A stretch of 62,987 nt of DNA, the filler included, from Lenisia limosa (taxonomy: Eukaryota; Protista; Breviatea), in NCBI GenBank assembly GCA_001655205.1. It is 11 parts of 11 records of this genome, joined end to end, with 100 filler letters (N's around TTAATTAATTAA, not from the genome) between each part and the next. Parts side by side here need not be neighbours in the genome. Positions count along the whole stretch, not along the records: positions 51,816 to 53,840 come from LPNZ01005962.1; positions 53,941 to 55,626 come from LPNZ01011479.1; positions 55,727 to 58,316 come from LPNZ01008356.1; positions 58,417 to 59,962 come from LPNZ01000641.1; positions 60,063 to 62,987 come from LPNZ01010552.1; 6 more parts are not named here. One strand, given 5' to 3'. The notes below the pieces were generated by a model. It worked only from the letters and a program-made list of their open reading frames with translations, made no database searches and had not been told where the DNA came from. The translations under genes and the position numbers were made by a program. Below, in pieces: positions 52,438 through 62,987 of the stretch (positions within the stretch are counted from its first letter, which is position 1; the number at the start of each line of letters is the position of its first letter).

Positions 52438-52698
52438 GGCGAAGAGAATTCAAAAATTTTGCTCTGAGTCTTTTAACAGGACTACAAACTCCCTTTTTAA
52501 TAATTAGGGGGAGAAATGCGAAAATGCTGAAAATGCAAACATCACCATATAATGGCAATATTCAATGAGTACCACCTATGATTTTTTAATATTTATGAAA
52601 CGAAATCTAAAAAAAATTCCTTTCCCTCGACAATTTAACGTTGTACATATCAATAATAATAGAATCTTAGAACTACTTGTCTGAAACCGAAGAGGAAA

Positions 52699-53416
52699 AT
52701 GTCAGGTGAAATCTCGAAAACCTTCCAGAACTGGGCTAACTCCCCCTTGGCCAACTATGCAGACACTCTTGTCGGACTTCCAGGCGTTGGGCCTGCCGGA
52801 CGCGATAAATTCATCGCTGAGGGCATCACCAACGTTCTTCAGATCATGGGAATGTTCCTTCTTGGTGGGTGTGGTGAATGCAGCAGCGTTGGATTAATTA
52901 CTGGAGTTGATTGAAGTAGACTTGAAACAGTTTTGTTTCCGTTTTACCGAACCCAACAAGGATTCTTGTTGATGTAATGAGATGGTTTGGATTAGCCACC
53001 CTGAGGCTATCAATTCATCAAGTGTTATAAAAATCTGATATGATCATTAAATTACAAAATGTGATCTCTTGTATTGTTTGTTTTAACATTCCCCTAATAC
53101 CAATTTTAATGGTTTTTTCTTTCTTGCCTGAATTGAGCCCCAAGATCTAATACTTACCAACCAACACTATTCGCTTTTCCCAGTGTCTCTTTCACCATTA
53201 CAAACCCCCACGCTCAATCTTTGCCTGCTATTCAACAACGAGGGTGACCCTGGGCTTTCTCGATGTGTTCCCACTTGAGTTGATTTGGGCTTTTTTGTTT
53301 CATTATTTTTTAATTTTTTTTAAAAAAATTTTTACCCCCCCCCCTCCCAGAGAATCAAGACGAGGAGCGTATGCGCGAATGGCTCATTGAAACGATCGGC
53401 CTGAGACCTGTAGATG
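52699..53416 (+). CDS. BAF: Barrier-to-autointegration factor (BAF/BANF1)-like protein, exons 52699-52864 and 53351-53416; last helix not found before scaffold end
   Basis: MSGEISKTFQNWANSPLANYADTLVGLPGVGPAGRDKFIAEGITNVLQIMGMFLL|ENQDEERMREWLIETIG aligns by eye with human BAF (SQKHRDFVAEPM…[46 protein letters not shown]); phase-1 join is correct. Confidence 0.8.
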
Positions 53417-53675
53417 GTTGGCGGAAATATCGACTTTTTTTCGAGTGTTTATCTGCAATTTGGTCTCTTTTTTTTGAACAGTTATAAGCTAAACAAATAT
53501 CACTGATTGGCAAAACCCTGAAGAGGGTTCAACGATGATATCGGGCTTTTCTTTCCGGGTTCTGCTTCTCTGTTTGCTTTCTTCCGTTTATCAAAATGGT
53601 CACTCAAGTCATCCCCCACCCCCGGACACAGTGCTGCTTTGTGTTTTGTTTGCGAGCCTTAAAATTTTCCCTTCT

Positions 53676-53790
53676 CTCTTTCTCTCTTTATTTCTTTCTC
53701 TCCCTCTCTTTCTCTCTCTCCCTCTTTCTTTCTCCCTCTCTTTCTTTCTCTCCCTCTTTCTTTCTCTCCCTCTCTTTCTTTCTCTCTCTA
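53676..53790. repeat. CT-rich low-complexity tract
   Basis: (TC)n/(TTTC)n mosaic read directly. Confidence 0.85.
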
Positions 53791-53954
53791 TCTACATATA
53801 TATCTCATTCTTTCTCTACCAATTGAACATTGACCCCCCTNNNNNNNNNNNNNNNNNNNNNNNNNNNNNNNNNNNNNNNNNNNNTTAATTAATTAANNNN
53901 NNNNNNNNNNNNNNNNNNNNNNNNNNNNNNNNNNNNNNNNTTACCCCCCCCCCA

Positions 53955-54480
53955 ACTTAGGCTGTCCACATCATTCGACTGTGAGCGAAGGGCAAACACA
54001 AGTTCACTACTACACCTCTCGGCTTCGACCAGAACCGTTTTCAGCGGCACGGAAGCTTTCTGCGGGGAGGGGGTGGTAGTGAAAACAGAATGTTTATGAA
54101 ACAGAAAAAAGCCCAAAATCAACTCTGCTGCGGCTAGCAACACACGAGGGTAAACAAAAACAAAACAAAATATTTATGAAACAAACAAACAAAATAATAA
54201 AAAAACTCCACTGGTGGAGAGCAGATAAAAAAGGCTAATAAACCTGGTGGAATATTCCTGTTCAACTTTAAAAATGGCGGAGGTTCTGGATACTGCCTTG
54301 TTGTCGGTTTGCTTTGTCGAGCAACTCCAGTTTGCTTCATAATCATGTTCCTGGTTCATACAACTCTCTTCCTTCTCTTCCTCTCGTTCCCTGCCAGTTT
54401 CTGTGCAATAGTTAGCCTCATCATATCATTGTACGTTTCACCGCTTCTTCTGCACTCAATGCTGTCTGTCATTCTCTCTT
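53955..54480 (-). CDS. Hypothetical protein exons
   Basis: GC-richer segments with AG/GT borders (about 53960-54065 and 54245-54480); reading frame unresolved. Confidence 0.3.
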
Positions 54481-55726
54481 TTCCTCCTCCCCCCCCCCCC
54501 NNNNNNNNNNNNNNNNNNNNNNNNNNNNNNNNNNNNNNNNNNNNNNNNNTCCGACACCATCGTTTGCATGGGGAAGAAAGGCCGATTTGTAGTTGAAATA
54601 CTGTGACTCTTTAATATAGAAATAAATGTAGTGGTGTGTTTAATGGAAGTTATATTTCAAGTAAAGAGTACATTTTTTAATGATGTGAGTCGTAGAGGTT
54701 TATGGCTGCCATTTCAAACTCTACTGTTGTTTGTTTTTGGCTTGTTCGTTGTAAGGAATAAATGACGGAAAATGCAAAAAAAAAAAAAAAAAAAANNNNN
54801 NNNNNTGGCAAAAAAAAAATACTCATTGAAAACAAAACAAAAAACAGCTTCAGCAAAAAAGAAAACAGAAAAATACTATTAATCAATATAAGAGTAAACA
54901 AACAGTAGAAGAGGCAAATTCAACTAGGTGAACATGAACGCGAACGCTTTTTAGAAACATCCAAAAATCCGCAATTCAATCCGTTTTAACCCATCGTTTT
55001 GACATAATTTTCAATAACAAACACTGGGAAAGCAATTTTTGACAAAAAAAAAAAAAAAAATTTTTTTTTTGNNNNNNNNNNNNNNNNNAGTTCAGTTCAT
55101 TGTCCCTTTTCTCCGTTATTTTTTCAGACCCCTCTTTTACAGTTTGAAACTCATTTTTTTAGTAGTATTTTTCTTGCTCATTTGATAGTTAAGTACCTCA
55201 ATTTAGCTTTCCTCAGTTTTGTTAGGTTCTTAAGACAAATAAAGGCACTCAGAATTCACCCGAATAATTCACCTGACCTGTCGGGGTTTTTTTCTCTCTA
55301 CAAGCCTAAAGAAGTTTTTGAGCATTGTTTGAGGGTCTAAATTGGGTTTATCCACTTAATAATACAACTATATGCTGGATCACCTTTTCTTGTTGTAGTT
55401 TGAATTCATTATTAGAGATTTGAGGTGTATTCCTCAGGTAATATAGAAACAGCAACCAATTCAACTGGAGACTATTACGATATTTCCCACAAATATTTGA
55501 CCTTATCATCACTTTTCAGGGTCTATTACTCATGCTTTTGAGAGAGGATTTCATAAGTTGTCGGGAAAGGTAAAGAGTAGTTTTTGATCATCCTTTTAGT
55601 CTCAGAATAAACTTGAGGTTATAAGGNNNNNNNNNNNNNNNNNNNNNNNNNNNNNNNNNNNNNNNNNNNNTTAATTAATTAANNNNNNNNNNNNNNNNNN
55701 NNNNNNNNNNNNNNNNNNNNNNNNNN

Positions 55727-58316
55727 CCTCTCACTCCCATGGGCTTGCCAGGGCGGTTGACTGCATTACCTTCAGCAAAGTCCTTAATGGTGTACTTGGG
55801 GCTTAAGTGGGTTAGAGAAGAATGGTGTACTTGGGGCTTAAGTGGGTTAGAGAAGAATGGTGAACTTGGGGCTTAAGTGGGTTAGAGAAGAGCTAAGAAT
55901 CGATCAAAACTAAAAGTATGGAAAGAACGGAGATTGATTATTAGAAGGCTGTGTCATTTATTCCTCTGGAAAAACCAATAGAGTACCAGATTCTGATCTG
56001 TGTCACCCACTTACTCCATTNNNNNNNNNNNNNNNNNNNNNNNNNNNNNNNNNNNNNNNNNNNNNNNNNNNNNNNNNNNNNNNNNNNNNTCTGGAGCCAC
56101 GCAGATTTCGTAGGGTGACTGGGGGGCAACAGAGAAGTCGAGAGACAAACCGTTCCCAGCTGAATCGTTAAAATCTGATCAACCATATCTCTTTGTATTT
56201 TGTGTAAGGTTTAAACATTTTTTGCTCAACACAAAAAAAAGTACTTGCTCACAAAGCATGCCCCAACCAAGTTGGCCGATCAAGTCGCCATAATGCCCCC
56301 ACCAAGTTGGCCGATCAAGTCGCCGTTGTAGAGAATGATGGCGTAATCCGCTGCAGCCCTGCGTGCCCCAATGATATCAGCCTGATTGAGTCAGTAATTG
56401 GTTGAGTCAATAAATGGTTGAGCCAATAAATGGTTGAGTACAATACCCCCACACACACATAAAAGACCCCCAATAACACCTTTTCTTCATTGAAGACCCT
56501 CAATACCCCACAGAAGACACGGTCTCAACCACGATCTCGACGGAGCCAAGTTCGGCCGGGAACACGTCGGCACTGAAGGACACTATCACTCCCGTCACGT
56601 TGACCTTGGCTGCCACTCCCGCTGGACGTGTCTCCTCAGCAACCTTGGGGGGGGGGGGGTAAAANNNNNNNNNNNNNNNNNNNNNNNNNNNNNNNNNNNN
56701 NNNNNNNNNNNNNNNNNNNNNNNNNNNNNNNNNNNNNNNNNNNNNNNNNNNNNNNNAATTGGAGGTGAGTCTTCAAATTCCAAGCCAATTGAAAGGGATG
56801 ATTAAGAAGGTCTGCCATAATATCACAAAAGAACAGAGTGGAAGGCCAACCTTGACCTTGGCAACAGGGGGGTCGAAGCAGCCGGCTGACGCGCCAAGTC
56901 CGCACGTGCACGCCATGTCTGAGAAGATCTTGTCCTCAGCCTCATACTTACAGGCCATACGGTCATTTGCAGCCTGAGGGGGGGGGGGAGNNNNNNNNNN
57001 NNNNNNNNNNNNNNNNNNNNNNNNNNNNNNNNNNNNNNNNNNNNNNNNNNNNNNNNNNNNNNNNNNNNNNNNNNNNNNNNNNNNNNNNNNNNNNNNNNNN
57101 NNNNNNNNNNNNNNNNNNNNNNNNNNNNNNNNNNNNNNNNNNNNNNNNNNNNNNNNNNNNNNNNNNNNNNNNNNNNNNNNNNNNNNNNNNNNNNNNNNNN
57201 NNNNNNNNNNNNNNNNNNNNNGCAAACACTTCTGACGTACAACCTTCCCACCTTGGCAAGCTCAGGCAGAATGACCTTCTCAAGGGCAACGCGGAGCTTG
57301 ACAGTATCAATGCCGCCGGTAACCCACTTGAACTGCTTCTCCATATCCCTCGCAACAAACTCGAAGGTCTTGTTGACGCCGGCGGTCCACAGACCAGGGG
57401 TCCAACTGGGGAATCAGGGGGGTGGAAAAACAGTGTGGGAAGTTTTCATCATCTACAAAGCTATGCGGTCAAAACTGGGATGCTTCAATGGACAGAGTTT
57501 TTGTTTTATGATGCAGTTGGGGTGCTAACGCTTTGGATAGTACATCTCGAATTTTCGATAATCGAAATAATAAGAGGTTGCAAAAGGCCAAAGACCGATA
57601 CTCGTTTTCACGGATGCACCCCATTACGTTCACTGCTTTTGTAGTTGAATACCCCCCCCCCCCNNNNNNNNNNNNNNNNNNNNNNNNNNNNNNNNNNNNN
57701 NNNNNNNNNNNNNNNNNNNNNNNNNNNNNNNNNNNNNNNNNNNNNNNTTCGTTGGGGATAAGGTCGGACACGAAGTCGTTGAAATCACAACGTTCCAGGG
57801 CCTCGCACTCGGCTTGGTTCTGAGGCTCGGTCACCCATCTGCCATTGACTGTTGTGATAAGTCAAGAGAAGGAGTATGTCACACGGCAAGTCAAGGTTAA
57901 AAAGTTAGTATTAGATACGATTCAAATATGACTTGCATACAAAATAGCTATTCTTCATTTGCACTAGGCCTAATCTTAAAATATAATCAATATCTCAAAT
58001 ATGATAGTGTGGACAGCTTTGGTCAATTTTTCCAACTATTGAGTCACTCACTGCCCCCCCCCCTCACGAGTAGCGCAGTGGGACTGGTTCACCCAAAGAG
58101 GATCGTCAAACATGCAGCCGATGCCGACCTTGACGGTGTTGGTTGTGGTGCTCAATGAGGGGTCAATGTCTGTGGTCAATGGGCAGTTGCCTTCCGCGGT
58201 AATCTGAAGAGGTGACAAACTGAGATCATTTGAGTCGATCCATGTTTAATTTAGCCTAATCATTTTACCATATTTACTGGGCAAACCTTGAACACGCATC
58301 CCTGGCCCTGGTCGTA
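55727..58316 (-). CDS. Cys-containing secreted/surface-type protein of unrecognised family (internal fragment)
   Basis: Exons YDQGQGCVFK|ITAEGNCPLTTD…GCMFDD, NGRWVTEPQNQAECEALERCDFND, WTPGLWTAGVNKTF…, ACKYEAEDKIFSDMACTCG, AAADYAIILYNGDLIGQLG|AGNGLSLDF…PYEICVAP, PKYTIKDFAEG. Confidence 0.7.
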
Positions 58317-59149
58317 NNNNNNNNNNNNNNNNNNNNNNNNNNNNNNNNNNNNNNNNNNNNTTAATTAATTAANNNNNNNNNNNNNNNNNNNNNNNNNNNN
58401 NNNNNNNNNNNNNNNNTAAAAGGGCGGGTCCTACGCAGAAAAGGGAAGGAGGGGTGGGGGGTTAAAGTGTGCCAAACAAAAGAGGAGTACATATAGAGTA
58501 TGCAAGTGGTATTAATAATGGAATGAATTACTGAGGCCTTTGTAAAGTGTGTTCCGCGATAATAAATTCTGGAACATTTTTATTTGTGTTCATATTAGCA
58601 TCCAGAATCCCTTCGTTTTTTTGGTTTTGATTACATTTAGAAAACCTACCTACAAGGCCACAATATGAACTATGTTCCTGTCCAAGGCTATGGCTCTGAC
58701 GCGAGCTCTATTCTTCAATACCCCCTCTATAGTAACCCAACACTTCCGAAGTTTTGGTTCTGTTTTGCGGACGGTATACGTGTGAGGGCTATGTGTGGGT
58801 AATTTGTTTTTGCTTAAAGTACATTGTTTTCAGCTTTATTGATTTTGTTCTCAATTTACTTAGAACGATGCGGAACTTCTACTTCTGGTGATGGCCACTG
58901 GCAAGCGTTCTTGGGCTAATGTGAACTTGAAATGTGCAATTTCACTGTCTCAGTGTATTGTAGCTTAATGTATTAAATATCATATATATATATATATAAT
59001 ATACATGTAGTATTATATCATATCATAAGTAAAACAGCACTGTACACAGAGTTGTAAGGCAAATGGTTGGTTGAATTAATAAGATATTAAATAATCCAAC
59101 ATCTTTTAGCGTGATAGATACAGTACTTACCTCATATCTCTAACATGTA

Positions 59150-59850
59150 GTCAAATTTAATCCGTATCTGGCTGAAGGGGCGAACCATCCCACAGCCTTC
59201 TTTAGTTCCTTTTTTCGACTGGCGCCGGAAAAATGTGACTAAAGCCGATAGATTGGGGTGAATATATTGAGGAATGGAATCTATAGTGAAAAGGTACAAA
59301 AATGTCAGAAATACTAATATACATTTTCAATAACACAGTTTTCTAGATATAGATAATAGGTTGGTGAGCTGGTATTTCAACTGGCACCTCACTGACACTG
59401 CTCTTTATAATTGAACCCTGAATGTGTGAAAATTGGGAAGTAAAAACACATCAAAGTTATCACATTTAAACAACAGCAATAAAAACCTACTTCAATGGTG
59501 GGATCGCGAGCGATCATTGATTTGCCTTCGGCAGACAGGGGCGAGATAAAGGTCTGAATCAAATAAGAATAACCTAAATGGGGGGAAAGAATATATGTCA
59601 AGGGGAAAAGATAACTGAATATTGAGCAAACCGAAGGGGCTGATTGAGGGGCTGGTACAGCGTCACTACATAAATGAGCCGGATAATGCAACGAGCACAA
59701 TGGCAATAAAGGAATTCCCTTTTCTGCCTCATTTACAGCACGAAATACCCCAAAATCACCGAAGAGCAATACCTTCCCTACAAACTTTCTCACGCGAATC
59801 TTGAAGCTGTTTCGACCATCACTTAGCTGAGGCACCTGAGGGGCGATGGG
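59150..59850 (-). CDS. Hypothetical gene, small exons
   Basis: GT-AG bounded segments VPQLSDGRNSFKIRVRKFVGK, DAVPAPQSAPS|TFISPLSAEGKSMIARDPTIE and RKKELKKAVGWFAPSARYG. Confidence 0.35.
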
Positions 59851-60109
59851 AGCAGGAGGAGTAAACTAAATACAAATAAGAGGTTACCAGTAAATATATT
59901 ATATATATCACACCGTCCATATATCTGTGAATTTTCCTCTATCTGTGAAAACAAGCCAAATGNNNNNNNNNNNNNNNNNNNNNNNNNNNNNNNNNNNNNN
60001 NNNNNNTTAATTAATTAANNNNNNNNNNNNNNNNNNNNNNNNNNNNNNNNNNNNNNNNNNNNTGATAGTATTATTACATCACCCCAGTATATGATATCAC
60101 CCCCCCCCC

Positions 60110-62840
60110 ACTGGTATCCTCCAATTGGTCAAGATCGATATCAAGATCGAAGCTGAGGGTGTCGGAAACGCCTTTGGAAAGGGGCGTCACGGGTACCGAC
60201 TTCGAAGCCGCAACAGGGGTCACAGCGGGGGTCTGGAGAGGTCATAAAAATGGTGTCCATTATAGCTGGTATTTGTAACGAAGATAAATGGGGAAAGCAA
60301 TGAGGTGCTCTCACCTCAACTTTGGGCTTGTCTGTGTCCATAAACGACGATCTTGTCCGCACTCGAGCAAACGGGTTCAGCTAATGGGTCAAAGGAAGAG
60401 AGGAATTTGCCACTAAAGCTGAAGAAGAGGCCATCTGAAGCTGAATAGCACAACCCCCCACCTGAGCCTGTTGTTTGTCAGCATTCTGTGCACGCTCCCT
60501 TTGGGCCTTAGCCTCGTTACGGAGGATTTCATGGTTCTCCTTGCGATGCTTCTCATTGATGGCATTGATGGACTTATTCTGTGATTGAGATGAGAACTGT
60601 GCTGTTGGTGTATTTTTACTAATCTTCTTAGCAACAAAGCAAAGCCTCTGTATCAACTCCAATAACAGTTTCATCCATTATTAAGATTGGGAAGCAGATT
60701 GGATAAATGATTTTTCTATCATGGGCTGCAAGACCATACTTGGTGGGCTTGGTGGGTGTACATCTCTCAGCACAAAAGAATACAAACACAAACGCCCACA
60801 TCTCTTTCATGCTGCTCGAGTATCATCTTCTTCTGTTCTTCATGTGCCCTAATCTGACTCTCAATTTCTTCGATTCTGGAGGGAAGGGGGGGGGGGGGGN
60901 NNNNNNNNNNNNNNNNNNNNNNNNNNNNNNNNNNNNNNNNNNNNNNNNNNNNNNNNNNNNNNNNNNNNNNNNNNNNNNNNNNNNNNNNNNNNNNNNNNNN
61001 NNNNNNNNNNNNNNNNNNNNNNNNNNNNNNNNNNNNNNNNNNNNNNNNNNNNNNNNNNNNNNNNNNNNNNNNNNNNNNNNNNNNNNNNNNNNNNNNNNNN
61101 NNNNNNNNNNNNNNNNNNNNNNNNNNNNACTGAGTATGTTAAAGATTGATGAATTCTCTGAATACAATAATAAGGATTATTGGCAAAACAAGATGGATTT
61201 GGTGGTTAAACCATCTCGTTTTGTTCCCCCACAATTCTGAAAATAATACCCAAGCTCCCCAGTCACTCAGCAAGGGTGGCTGTTGTCCGAGCGTAGTTGG
61301 TAGGCAGACGGTTCAGCTTCTTCTTCACTTCAATCATTTCATTGACAGTTTTCTGGGGGGGGGGNNNNNNNNNNNNNNNNNNNNNNNNNNNNNNNNNNNN
61401 NNNNNNNNNNNNNNNNNNNNNNNNNNNNNNNNNNNNNNNNNNNNNNNNNNNNNNNNNNNNNNNNNNNNNNNNNTGAACCCATGAACCGAATAATCTGAAA
61501 CTCCAAACAAAAAAACAAAAAACAAGCAATAACAAACACGAGCAACGCTAAAACTAGACAAAAACCAAAACGAAAGATAATGAAAAAATAAACACCGTTG
61601 AATAGGCTCTGAAATTTCCATGTTGCAAGAAAGACAAATCTTATGGATTGGAGTACCCCGCTAACATCATCGTATCTGGTTTTTGAAAGGTCCTTGAATC
61701 TCTTAGCTGTCTCCTTCAGAGCTGGAAAATGAATACATTTGAAGTGGAATAGTTGCCGCAAAACATCATTGAACATATTCGGAAAGCTAGCCCGAAAAGA
61801 AGTGTAACAAGAGAGATGAAGAACACCTTTCAAAGTGGGGCGTTCATCAGGTGACTGTCCCATTACAGCGTCAATCCAAAGCTTCCTCTCAGACTGAAGG
61901 GAATTAGCCTTGTATCAGCAAAAAAGAACTCTCTGAATCAAAAACAAATGATATTGAGAAAGTAGTAGGACTCTGCGCAATAAATTTTATCAAGAAATTA
62001 ATTGCAATAATATTACTTTTTCCAATTAATTTCTGAGAGGTTAAAATTAATTGAAAATAATTTCAAATAAATTTTTCAATTATAAGGCAAAAAATAAGGA
62101 GGGAAAGTTCAAAATTTTTTCAGAATTTTCAAGAGACTTTTTCAGAAATTGTTTTTGCTTTCAAGCATGACAGCATCATGTTTTGGCAACAAAACTCCAA
62201 GTGGATATCCCCTGCCCTTCTCAATGATGTCTCAAAGTTCAAACTCAAGAACAACTCCCTGATAGAAGGGTGTGTATATCTGCCTCCTGTTCTTGTTTTT
62301 GTTATGTATACATATAGTTTTCTTCTCTCATTAAGAGTTCAAGAAATTATTTTCTTTGGAATAATTGCAATTAATTTAAATTAATTGTTGGAATTATTTT
62401 TTGGAAATCTAGAAATAATTTTAATTGCAAAAATTAATTTCAAAATTAATTGCGCAGAGTCCTGGAAATTAGGAATTGTTTGGAATGAAGGCCCGAATTA
62501 TGATTGAAGAGTTTTGAAATGAATGAACACTCACCTCCTCAAAATCGCCATTTGACAACTGGGTAATATGAAACTTCCTCTTATTGACTCCATAGCGCAC
62601 ATCTGAGCAGTGAGTTGTACCAAATATATTAAAGCTGTGTAGATTGCTTACATAAGCCAATGTTAGTTTTTTTCTTGGCAAGCTCGTATGACTTCACAAT
62701 GACAGTTTCTAAAAACAATGAGCAACCGACAACACAATCCACTAAAGTGGCACAGGACCCACCAATAATTTCGCAAGGTCTGTAAACGGGTTTTTCGTCA
62801 GCACTCAGCCCAATCATGACGCGGACAAGTAGACCTAACA
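60110..62840 (-). CDS. RTF1: RNA polymerase II-associated protein RTF1 (Plus3 domain and C-terminal part)
   Basis: LVRVMIGLSADEKPVYRPCEII|ETVIVKSYELAKKKTNIGL|YVRYGVNKRKFHITQLSNGDFEE|SERKLWIDAV…PT; later PTNYA, SINAINEKHRKEN, LNPFARVR and SFDLDIDL follow the RTF1 motif order. Confidence 0.9.
61966..62464. mobile_element. 499-bp hAT-type non-autonomous element (family C) in an RTF1 intron
   Basis: Ends TAGGACTCTGCGCAATAAATTTT / AAAATTAATTGCGCAGAGTCCTG; 8-bp flanks gaaagtag / gaaattag; AT-rich subterminal aatta repeats. Confidence 0.8.
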
Positions 62841-62987
62841 ATCATGAGTATGGCCTTCGTGGAAATAAAAAGTATTAATCGATATTCCACTTTATTAAAA
62901 AAAAAACAGATAATAACTCAAAAAGGCACAAATGATGCAAAATGATAAATATAATATATGCTCACGGTCCTAAATGGTGTCATTAAT

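Noticed and set aside
54245-54480. Apparent in-frame TGA (RKRVV*TRNM) suggesting readthrough or selenocysteine
   Set aside because: The reading frame is not established, another frame is open across the site, and there is no homology or SECIS evidence.
58660-58920. Plus-strand coding exons (MNYVPVQGYGSD…GDGHWQAFLG*)
   Set aside because: Plausible terminal exons, but with no recognisable homology and too little sequence to call.
26110-60062. Functional gene cluster (GcvT, GALK, ABCA, BAF etc.)
   Set aside because: These genes lie on different scaffolds joined artificially.

Overview
Eukaryotic genomic DNA from an intron-rich protist, probably flagellated and with a mitochondrion or related organelle. 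The window is not contiguous. Ten 100-bp artificial spacers (44 N + TTAATTAATTAA + 44 N) join 11 separate scaffolds, and many ordinary N gaps open right after G/C homopolymers. I spliced exons by hand, assuming GT-AG introns and the standard code. This gave: a giant GCC2/GCC3 Cys-repeat single-pass membrane protein with a coiled-coil tail (about 18-20 kb), a coiled-coil protein, GcvT (with presequence) head-to-head with a PDCD2-like gene, TMEM41, an ABCA transporter fragment, KIN17, RBM25 (PWI), a SPEF2-like adenylate-kinase-fold protein, a galactokinase head-to-head with a BAF homologue, an unknown Cys-containing surface protein, RTF1 and several hypotheticals. Introns carry at least four small transposon or repeat families. 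The most notable patterns are: (i) G-runs just after 5' splice sites and C-runs just before 3' splice sites, (ii) repeated short duplications straddling splice junctions, and (iii) a BAF-like gene in an apparently non-metazoan genome. There are no rRNA, tRNA or CRISPR features I can support. All family assignments come from recalled motifs, not database searches.
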